A stretch of DNA of 64,000 nucleotides from Macrostomum lignano (lineage: Eukaryota): assembly GCA_002269645.1 (NCBI GenBank), contig NIVC01003082.1, forward strand, positions 1 to 64,000, in the 5' to 3' direction. Below, piece after piece: positions 47,401 to 57,476 of this stretch (position 1 is its first letter; every line of letters begins with the position of its first letter). The position numbers were made by a program, and so were the translations under genes. The notes below the pieces were generated by a model. The model saw nothing but the letters and a program-made list of their open reading frames with translations, made no database searches and was not told the DNA's origin.

Positions 47401-50400
47401 GGTCAATGAGTGCCATTTATTTAGGGGAGTCAATGGGTGCCATTTCTTTAGGGGAGTCAATGGGTGCCATTTCTTTAGGGGAGTCAATGGGTGCCATTTC
47501 TTTAGGGGAGTCAATGGGTGCCATTTCTCTCGAGGGTCAATCAGTGCCATTTCTCTTGGGGGTTCAATCGGTCCCATTTCTCTTGGGGGTTCAATCGGTG
47601 CCATTTCTCTTAGGGGGTCAATCGGGGCCATTTCTTTTGGGAGGGGGGAGGTCAATCAGTGCCATTTCCTTTGGGTTAATAAGTGGCTCTTTCTTAGGTT
47701 TAGTACGAGTGCACTAGTTCTCATATTTAATCACTGTGTGTTATTTCTTATCTAATGTGTTTCCATAAGCACTGTAGTTGGTCTCATTTAGTAAATTCAC
47801 CTGAAGCCCTGCTCAGCATAACCTGATGACCATCCACCCGCTGCAGGCCATGATTGAGTCGCGCGTAGCCAACCCGGAGAGTCGCAAAATTGTCAAATGG
47901 AACGTGGAGCAGACCTATCAGTTCCTGCGGCAGGCCAAAATGCCAACCTACGAAGACTGTCTGGAGCGGTTGGCTCATCTGAAACGAACCTGCCAGCCGC
48001 ATATTGAGGAGGCTGCTAAAGAGTCGGTAGAGAAAATCTGCACCAAACTCTATCACCTGTCAGTTGAGTACGCTAAAAAAGTTCGGGAACTGCAGGAGAC
48101 TCTGTTCAAGGTTACTAATCCTACGGTGAGAGGGGCCTTTCTCGTGTTTATTAATCATCGAGTTCTTTAGGAATGGCTCATGGTGCTTATTTGTAGGGTA
48201 TCCTCAAGTTGCTGGGCCAGCCTCCCAGATCCTCAGTTGCTGGACCAGCCACCCTGATCCTCAGTTGCTGGGCCAGCCTCCCAGATCCTCAGTTGCTGGG
48301 CCAGCCACCCTGATCCTCAGTTGCTGGGCCAGCCTCCCAGATCCTCAGTTGCTGGGCCAGCCTCCCAGATCCTCAGTTGCTGGGCCAGCCACCCTGATCC
48401 TCAGTTGCTGGGCCACCCTCCCAGATCCTCAGTTGCTGGGCCAGCCACCCTGATCCTCAGTTGCTGGGCCACCCTCCCAGATCCTCAGTTGCTGAGCCAG
48501 CCTCCCAGATCCTCAGTTGCTGGGCCAGCCTCCCAGATCCTCAGTTGCTGGGCCAGCCTCCCAGATCCTCAGTTGCTGGGCCAGCCTCCCAGATCCTCAG
48601 TTGCTGGACCAGCCTCCCAGATCCTCAGTTGCTGGGCCAGCCTCCCAGATCCTCAGTTGCTGGGCCAGCCTCCCAGATCCTCAGTTGCTGGGCCAGCCTC
48701 CCAGATCCTCAGTTGCTGGGCTACCAGTCTCCCAGATCCTCAGTTGCTGGGCTTGGGCTGCCAGCCTCCCAGAGTGTCAGTTGCTGGGCCAGCCTCCTAA
48801 ATCCTACTATAAGTAGTTGAGCAGTAGTTTGCTCAAACAATACCTTACTCAACTACTATCAGTAGCACCCTACCCCAACCTCACGCCCGCCGCAGGACCC
48901 GTGGGCGGACCTGCCACCCTGGTCGGGCGATCCCAAGCGCCGAGTTCGCTGCTACCCGGTGCAGATCTGCTCGCCGGCACCGAGGCCGGCAGCTCAGCAG
49001 CAGCTGGTTGAAACCGGCTGCACTGACCGGATGCAGTTCGTCCGCTACGGTCGGGATAATTCTAGCCAGCAGGGCATCTGCCGGTCGGTCTTTGCCAAGC
49101 TGCAGCAGCTGTACACTCTGCACTGCACTGAGGAGGATCCATCAATGGAGAAATTCTTCCCAAGGCTCTGGTGCATGCTGACTAGGTGAGGGTTGGTGGA
49201 TTTGTTGTTGAATAAGTCAACAAAATAATCTACTTAGACGTCTACTCGTTATCCATAATCCTAATTCATCCAAATCCCAATCCTATTCCCAATCCTGATC
49301 ATAATCCATCCCTACCCCAATAATTCAAATCCTGATCCTAATCCGTCCTAATCCCAACCTAAATCCTAATCCATCCATATCTCAATCCTGATCCTAATCC
49401 ATGCTAATCCCAATCCTAATTCATCCTAATCCTAATCTCAATCCTGATCCCAATGCATGCTAATCCCAATCCTAATTCATCCTAATCCTAATCTCAATCC
49501 TGATCCTAATCCATCCTAATCCCAATCCTAATTCATCCTAATCCTAATCTCAATCCTGATCCCAATGCATGCTAATCCCAATCCTAATTCATCCTAATCC
49601 TAATCTCAATCCTGATCCTAATCCATGCTAATCCCAATCCTAATTCATCCTAATCCTAATCTCAATCCTGATCCTAATCCATGCTAATCCCAATCCTAAT
49701 TCATCCTAATCCTAATCTCAATCCTGATCCCAATGCATGCTAATCCCAATCCTAATTCATCCTAATCCTAATCTCAATCCTGATCCTAATCCATCCTAAT
49801 CCCAATCCTAATTCATCCTAATCCTAATCTCAATCCTGATCCCAATGCATGCTAATCCCAATCCTAATTCATCCTAATCCTAATCTCAATCCTGATCCTA
49901 ATCCATGCTAATCCCAATCCTAATTCATCCTAATCCTAATCTCAATCCTGATCCTAATCCATGCTAATCCCAATCCTAATTCATCCTAATCCTAATCTCA
50001 ATCCTGATCCTAATCCATCCTAATCCCAACCTAAATCCTAATCCATCCTAATCTCAATCCTGATCCTAATCCATCCTAATCCCAACCTAAATCCTAATCC
50101 ATCCTAATCTCAATCCTGATCCTAATCCATGCTAATCCCAATCCTAATTCATCCTAATCCTAATCTCAATCCTGATCCCAATCCATGCTAATCCCAATCC
50201 TAATTCATCCTAATCCTAATCTCAATCCTGATCCTAATCCATCCTAATCCCAATCCTAATTCATCCTAATCCTAATCCCAATCCTAATCCAGTTTATAAA
50301 GGACCCAGATCCCTTGGGTAGAAATTCCATTGGAGTTTCTGGAAACTGATCCCCAGCTAAAAAACCCAATACCATAGTTAGCAACTCTGATCATTGGATT

Positions 50401-52160
50401 TAGACCACTACACTTCAAGACTGAAACCACCTGGCCATTTCCAACAGGTACCAAGCATTTCTAGGCCAGCAGTCGCAGAACACCCAGGCTGCCCTGCCCA
50501 TACCCGTATTCGAAGCCATCTCTCGACTATTCGGCGTCACATTTGAACTGTTTGCTTCGCCATTGAACTGCTACTTTAAGCAGTATTGCTCGGCCTTTCC
50601 CGACACCGACTGCTACTTCGGCAGTCGTGGTCCCGTGCTGGACTTTTATCCGTTGGAGGGCTCGTTTGAAGCTAATCCGCCATTCTCCGAGGAGCTCATG
50701 GTTGCTATGGTCAACCATATGGAGGTGAGCTTGCTGTATCCTTTAATACGTTGTCAGATTTTACTGGAACCAAGATTTTATTTTGCCTACAGAAAACATT
50801 TTGCTAATTATCAGTGCGAATAATTTAGCAACTTGTCGTCTGCGGGAGCCTGATAAGAATTCTTGAAAACGGCCCTTTTTAGGGCACATCAACAAAACGG
50901 CCCTTTTAGGGCACATTAACAAAACGGCCCTTTTAGGTCTTTTTTATCCTAAAAATATATTTTTCCGTTAGAAATTAATGTTTATGTTTCAGCGTTTGCA
51001 GTATATACAAACATTTGTAATGCTTTAATCGCGCAGAATCTGCTGAAAGAGGCGACCGGCCCCCTGTCATTCATGGTGTTCCTGCCTGATTGGCGCGATC
51101 CGCCAACCGAAGCGCTGGTTCGACTGGAGGCTTCGCCGTACAATCGGCGACAGACTTGCGTGTTGCCATTTGAGCACAGCTACCGAAATGGCATGCAGCA
51201 CTGCTTGGAGAGGTGGGCGACTATTTGCTATTTTGATGGTGGGTGGGAAGACAAGGGGAACACGGTGGGTAGAGGGGAAGGCATTTGAGGAAAACAGGTG
51301 GGGAAGAGGGAAAGACATTTGGGTCAGAGGGGAAGACAGGTAGGTCAAAGATGAAGACAGGTGGGTCAGAGATGAAGACAGGTTGGTCAGAGATGAAGAC
51401 AGGTTGGTCGGAGGGGAAGACAGGTGGGTCAGAGAGGAAGACATGTGGGTCAGAGGGGAAGACAGGTGGATTAGAGGGTAAGACAGGTGGGTCAGAGGGG
51501 AAGACAGGTGGATTAGAGGGTAAGACAGGTGGGTCAGAGGGGAAGACAGGTGGGTCAGAGGGAAAGACAGGTGGATTAGAGGGTAAGACAGGTGGGTCAG
51601 AAGGGAAGACAGGTGGATTAGAGGGTAAGACAGGTGGGTCAGAGGGGAAGACAGGTGGATTAGAGGGTAAGACAGGTGGGTCAGAAGGGAAGACAGGTGG
51701 GTCAGAAGGGAATACAGGTGGGTCAGAGGTGAAGACAGGTTGTCAGAGGGGAAGACAGGTGGATTAGAGGGTAAGACAGGTTGTCAGAGGGGAAGACAGG
51801 TGGGTCAGAGGGGAAGACAGGTGGGTCAGAAGGGAAGACAGGTGGGTAAGAAGGGAATACAGGTGGGTCAGAGGGGAAGACGGGTGGGTCAGAGGGGAAG
51901 ACAGTTGGGTCAGCGGGTAAGACAGGTGTATCAAAATGAAAGGATATTTAGATGACTCTGCCAGCCGATGCACTGTCTCATTCCGAACGCGCAAACTCAG
52001 AGACGAGGACCTGTACGTGAAGTCGGCCCACGGTACTCTGATTGTGTTCCTACAAAATGACGCCGGCTTTATGAAATGGACGCCAACTTCTGAGAAGATC
52101 AAAGATCTGCTAATTGCATTCGGGCAGCAGAGTTCGCATAGGCGGCCTCAGCCTCAGTGA
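44420..52160 (+). CDS. PCIF1: Cap-specific mRNA N6-adenosine (m6Am) methyltransferase PCIF1/CAPAM, 7 exons, about 705 aa
   Basis: Exons 44420-44984, 46446-46816, 47847-48125, 48896-49185, 50448-50724, 51037-51212 and 52001-52160. All GT-AG, in phase, total 2118 nt. WW domain ([17 protein letters not shown]), helical domain (KLRQHY, SFNRW), [11 protein letters not shown] and catalytic NPPF are intact. Confidence 0.95.
45020..45275. repeat. About 21-bp repeat, PCIF1 intron 1 (5' array)
   Basis: CTGTCACATCCTGATGCAGTG, about 12 units. Confidence 0.9.
45520..46392. repeat. 36-bp composite minisatellite, PCIF1 intron 1 (3' array)
   Basis: AATTGTCACTCTCC-AATTGTCA-AACTGTCACTCGTC (14+8+14), about 24 units. 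Confidence 0.95.
46945..47670. repeat. About 27-bp minisatellite, PCIF1 intron 2
   Basis: GTCAATGGGTGCCATTTCTTTAGGGGA, about 26 units. Confidence 0.94.
48195..48798. repeat. 28-bp minisatellite, PCIF1 intron 3
   Basis: CCTCCCAGATCCTCAGTTGCTGGGCCAG, about 21 units. Confidence 0.96.
49255..50290. repeat. 56-bp higher-order repeat built from TCCTAA-like hexamers, PCIF1 intron 4
   Basis: GCTAATCCCAATCCTAATTCATCCTAATCCTAATCTCAATCCTGATCCTAATCCAT units. Confidence 0.94.
51290..51925. repeat. 21-bp purine-rich minisatellite, PCIF1 intron 6
   Basis: GGGAAGACAGGTGGGTCAGAG, about 30 units. Confidence 0.96.
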
Positions 52161-54092
52161 ATTAATCAGTTTTTTAAGTGCCCAATGTACTTTTCACAGT
52201 AACCCTGTAGTCAACGATGCAGCTTGTGTAATAGTTGTGTAATATGTCTGTGTAATGGTACGCATTGAAACTCTTCATTTTCCCAATCGTTATAGTTTTT
52301 TCTCGGCCTTCGAGCTATAAATTCTTGGAATTCTTAAGCAGCAACTGTCGTGTGTTCCTGTTTTTTTTATTTTCGCTACTTTTATTCGAGCCTTGCTAAT
52401 ATAGTTGGCACTTCTTAAGTTCTTATCAAATTCTCCTTGCATATCGTTGTTGTGTTTTGTACTAATGAGAAATGTAATACACAATAGCACCTAAAGCCTA
52501 TAGCATGTCTGTCTGTCTGCAGCGGCGCCTCTTTGCCTTTGCCTGTGTGCGTATTATTATTCTAGTTCAATTGCGACACTTCCTTACTACTACTGACTAC
52601 TGTTAGTAGTTACTAATTTGGTCTGAAAAAAAACTTTTTTAAATCAAGATTATCAAATTTGTGTGTCGCTTTTTCTCTGGTCAAGTTGTTGTTGTGTAAA
52701 TAATAAAATTCAGGGTTCGTTGCTTTTTCTGGTGTCTGTTTGCTCTCAATATGCTTATTGTATTTTTATGTCATTTTACTCTGTTATTAGCAGGCTACAG
52801 AACAAAACTTACGCGAGATCGTTTTCGCATATTATTTTATTTTATTTATTTATTCTATTATTAGTTGCACAGATTTTCTTATTTGTAGCTTTGTATGCTT
52901 ACAATAATTAAAAAATTAGAGCTTCTACTTTGTTTTTAGTAGTTTGTCTGCGCAGTGTCACTTAAATCTAATGTGGCAGTTAATTCCATAATTATCGAAT
53001 AGACTAAATTACATATTAGGTATTTGTGATTGTGATGATGATGTGATTCAGCGTAGGAGGCAGGCCCAAATTGGCTCAGCCAATGAGATAGCAGTAAGGA
53101 GAGAGATCAAAGTCAGACGGACGAAACTCAGCCTAGGAGGCAGGCCCAATCTAGCTCAGCCAATGAGAGAGCAGTAAGGAGAGAGTCCAAAGTTAGACAC
53201 AAGTGGGCAAGAGAAAAGCCCAACTGTCTGGCTGGCTGGGTGTACATAACACACTACACTGTATATCCCTGGACTTTTCTCGTAGCCAGCAGCCACCCCT
53301 CCCCCAGATAACATCTCACCCTTTAACTGCTGACAACTATAGATAAATGTAAATTCCTTTAGTTTAGTTTAGAAGGTTTAGCGAAAAGGTGTGGATATGC
53401 ACTGTCATAGACTTGTTATAATAGACTATAAGTTATCCTCAATATGTTAAAAATTAGTTTAATATTATATGAATTAGCAAGTCAGAACTACCAAAGGTCA
53501 CATATTTATTTAACTGATTCTTGTAAATACGTGCCGTATTTTTTATTTGTCTGTTTAAAAATCATGCTTGATATAATGTTGCCGTTAGCTACTTAAGTGC
53601 ATGTTCCGTAATTGGTCTTCTGGTTGTGTTTCGTCGCCCTTTAACCGGAACTTCTTCATTCAGGCAGCTAAATTACTTGACCCAAAAGTGTTTATAAAAA
53701 AAGATTTAGGCAACTGTTCTCTTCTCAGCAGCCACTACTAATTAATGGTGAAATCTTTAGGATAGTGGCAGTGAAAAGGATTTCAGAATTGTCTCTTGTA
53801 CTTTTAGAATTTTCTGTTGTCTTTTTGCTTTGTTGTTTTATTTCAACTCGATCTGTTTCCTTCCGCTGGGAAGGTTTAACTTTCACCTAGACGAATTCTG
53901 CAATTTGTCAATACTGCAACATGTGAAATATATAAATTTCTAGCTAGTATTGATTTTACTAATTTGAAACTATGCCAGAGTGTGTTTAAATAACTGCTGA
54001 ATCTTTGTAAGCTATTATGTTTTGCTCTTTTTTTCTTCATTTAGTAGCGACCCATGACACTTTAGCCAGTGCCTCTGACACTTTAGTCAGTG

Positions 54093-54925
54093 TGATTAGA
54101 CTGGTGACCTCACAATCTCATTGTGATTAGACTGGTGACCTCACAATCTCATTGAGATTAGACTGGTGACCTCACAATCTCATTGTGATTAGACTATAGT
54201 GACCCCAAAAACTCACTGAGAGTAGACTAGTGACCTCACAATCTCATTGTGATTAGACTGGTGACCTCGCAATCTCATTGTGATTAGACTGGTGACCTCA
54301 ATCTCATTGTGATTAGACTGGTGACCTCAATCTCATTGTGATTAGACTGGTGACCTCACAATCTCATTGAGATTAGACTGGTGACCTCACAATCTCATTG
54401 TGATTAGACTATAGTGACCCCAAAAACTCACTGAGAGTAGACTAGTGACCTCACAATCTCATTGTGATTAGACTGGTGACCTCGCAATCTCATTGTGATT
54501 AGACTGGTGACCTCAATCTCATTGTGATTAGACTGGTGACCTCAATCTCATTGTGATTAGACTGGTGACCTCAATCTCATTGTGATTAGACTGGTGACCT
54601 CAATCTCATTGTGATTAGACTGGTGACCTCACAATCTCATTGTGATTAGACTGATGACCTCGCAATCTCATTGTGATTAGACTGGTGACCTCACAATCTC
54701 ATTGAGAACAGACTGGTGACCTCACAATCTCATTGAGAACAGACTGGTGACCTCACAATCTCATTGAGATTAGACTGGTGACCTCTCAATCTCATTGTGA
54801 TTAGACTGGTGACCTCACAATCTCATTGAGAACAGACTGGTGACCTCACAATCTCATTGAGAACAGACTGGTGACCTCTCAATCTCATTGTGATTAGACT
54901 GGTGACCTCACAATCTCATTGTGAT
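54093..54925. repeat. 29-31-bp minisatellite, intergenic
   Basis: GATTAGACTGGTGACCTCACAATCTCATTGT, about 27 units. Confidence 0.96.
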
Positions 54926-55188
54926 GTGTAGATGTGTAGTATGTGTAGTTGCCAGCAATTTTGCACGCAATCGGGCAAGATAAGCCGTTTCTTGGAAAAT
55001 CTCAAATGAATTTGTTGTTCACTTGTAATTCTTTCGAGGCTTTTAACAACAAATTAAGGCTTCATTAAAGTTTGCCAAGCTCCCAGATAATTTCTTATTT
55101 GCTCTCTCGATCAGGATAATGAACTGACAACCCAAAAAATGTATTTTGCCATAAAGTCTGTAGCGGAACTCCTGAATTACCTGCTTCT

Positions 55189-55557
55189 TCAGTTTATTTC
55201 CCTACCAAGCCAGCAGCGACAATCCGCGTGTACAGAGCAGGCAGCACCTTCACCATTCCCTGCAACCCAGAGAGTAAGCTTTGCCACACAGCGATAAAGA
55301 TGATGTAAGCCTCAGGGCTCAGGCTTACTGGACCTTACAATACGGCCGGTATCCGTCCCCAGCGTAGTTTGCCTCATCGCCAGCTTCGTCGGCCGGCACC
55401 TCGATGGCGGCAGCTAAAATTAGGACGCAATGCGTTTTTAGAGATAGTAATGAGCTACCAAATGCGCACTCAACCTGTCATAGATGTCTCTCTCACCTGT
55501 CATAGCCAGGACGAGCATCGCGGCCACAAAGGCTTGCACTTGCTTGTAGTTCAGCAT
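55189..55557 (-). CDS. Putative small secreted peptide precursor, 3 exons, about 68 aa, unknown family
   Basis: Exons 55557-55497 (signal peptide MLNYKQVQAFVAAMLVLAMT, donor AG|GTGAGA), 55413-55339 (TTTTAG acceptor, acidic spacer, donor T|GTAAGG) and 55259-55189 (TTGCAG acceptor). Introns of 83 and 79 nt. The last-exon frame is uncertain. Confidence 0.6.
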
Positions 55558-55904
55558 GACTGCTTTTGGGCTTGAGTTTGTTTGGCTTGCTAAGTGTGTA
55601 ATGAATCGGCTGAGCAGAAAGTAGTTTGACGACTTGATAAGGCAGGGAAGAGATGCTTCTGCAGAGCTCAGTTCACACCCATTCCCCTTCGAATCGATGG
55701 TGGCTTTCACCAGAGCAGACAGCTAAAGGCTTGTAAACTGGGGTGGACCATATTAAACAGCTAAAGCAGATGGACGCCAGTCTTTTAGCAAACGATCCAA
55801 CTCGCAAAGAAGCAAGTCTAGACTAATGTCTTGTGTCTTGTCCCGTGTGTACTTGCAAGTTTATCAAGCTAGTTTTTTCATGTCACATACGAAATATATA
55901 CTCT

Positions 55905-57020
55905 TGCTTTAGTCAGTGCCCCAGACACTTTAGTCAGTGCCCCAGACACATGAGTCAGTGCCCCAGACACCTTAGTCAGTGCCCCAGACACTTTAGTCAG
56001 TGCCCCAGACACATGAGTCAGTGCCCCAGACACTTTAGTCAGTGCCCCAGATACTTTAGTCAGTGCCCCAGATACTTTAGTCAGTGCCCCAGACACATGA
56101 GTCAGTGCCCCAGACACTTTAGTCAGTGCCCCAGATACTTTAGTCAGTGCCCCAGACACATGAGTCAGTGCCCCAGACACTTTAGTCAGTGCCCCAGATA
56201 CTTTAGTCAGTGCCCCAGATACTTTAGTCAGTGCCCCAGACACTTTAGTCAGTGCCCCAGACACTTTAGTCAGTGCCCCAGACACTTTAGTCAGTGCCCC
56301 AGACACTTTAGTCAGTGCCCCAGACACTGGAGTCAGTGCTCCAGACACTTGAGTCAGTGCCCCAGACACTTGAATCAGTGCCCCAGATGCTATTTATTTA
56401 GTGCCCCAGACACTAGAGTCAGTGCCCCAGACACTTGAGTCAGTGCCCCAGACACTTGAGTCAGTGCCCCAGACACTTGAGTCAGTGCCCCAGACACTTG
56501 AGTCAGTGCCCCAGACACTTTAGTCAGTGCCCCAGACACTTTAGTCAGTGCCCCAGACACTTGAGTCAGTGCCCCAGACACTTTAGTCAGTGCTCCAGAC
56601 ACTTGAATCAGTGCCCCAGACACTTGAATCAGTGCCCCAGATGCATTTTAGTCAGTGCCCCAGACACTTGAGTCAATGCCCCAGACACTTTAGTTAGTGC
56701 CCCAGACACTTGAATCAGTGCCCCAGATGCATTTTAGTCAGTGCCCCAGACACTTGAGTCAGTACCCCAGACACTTTAGTCAGTGCCCCAGATGCATTTT
56801 AGTCAGTGCCCCAGACACTTGAGTCAGTACCCCAGACACTTGAGTCAGTACCCAAGACACTTTAGTCAGTACCCCAGACACTTTAGTCAGTACCCCAGAC
56901 ACTTTAGTCAGTGCCCCAGACACTTTAGTCAGTACCCCAGACACTTTAGTCAGTGTCCCAGATGCACTTTAGTCAGTGCAACAGACACATGAGTCTGTGC
57001 CCCAGACACTTTAGTCAGTG
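55905..57020. repeat. 21-bp minisatellite between the peptide gene and the sphingomyelinase gene
   Basis: TTAGTCAGTGCCCCAGACACT, about 52 units. Confidence 0.97.
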
Positions 57021-57476
57021 AGCCTGGCATTCCAAGTTCCAATGTGGCGCTCCTTAAATTGCATGTAATCTAGATTAATTAAGATGCACTTATTTCAATT
57101 CATTGCGAGCGCAATAGATTGCATTCAGTTAATCGATCGTACAGCACTTTACCTGCTTGCATACCTGTACTTGTAAAATGTAACTTTAGCGCCAATGCCT
57201 GTCCAATTTCTAAGAAAACTTCTCTCCACCGGTGCAAGTCTCAGAGAGTCCTACCTGTAGTGACACCAGTATTGTATCATGTATACCGATAAACTGCTAA
57301 TGAAATTCTGCGCAGTTTCAAGCTTGCCAGCTACACTCTTATCGGCAAGAAATTTTGATAGCGTATGCTTTAAAAATTCTTCAAGTTGAAACCAGTTCGT
57401 TTTGCTCCGACTGAGACAACTTTCACTCAGCTATAGCTGGAAGACTTTTGCTTTTGATTCGACAAATTTTAAAGGC

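Noticed and set aside
48817-49011. ORF overlapping PCIF1 exon 4
   Set aside because: Wrong frame. The homologous frame begins at acceptor 48895/48896 (DPWADL...RCYPVQI).
55833-56992. Cys/His-rich SQCPRHF ORFs resembling metal-binding repeats
   Set aside because: Translation of the 21-bp intergenic minisatellite. The repeat-derived ORFs at 27318-27790, 47331-47755, 48265-48820, 51285-51955, 59612-60088 and 60763-61257 were rejected for the same reason.
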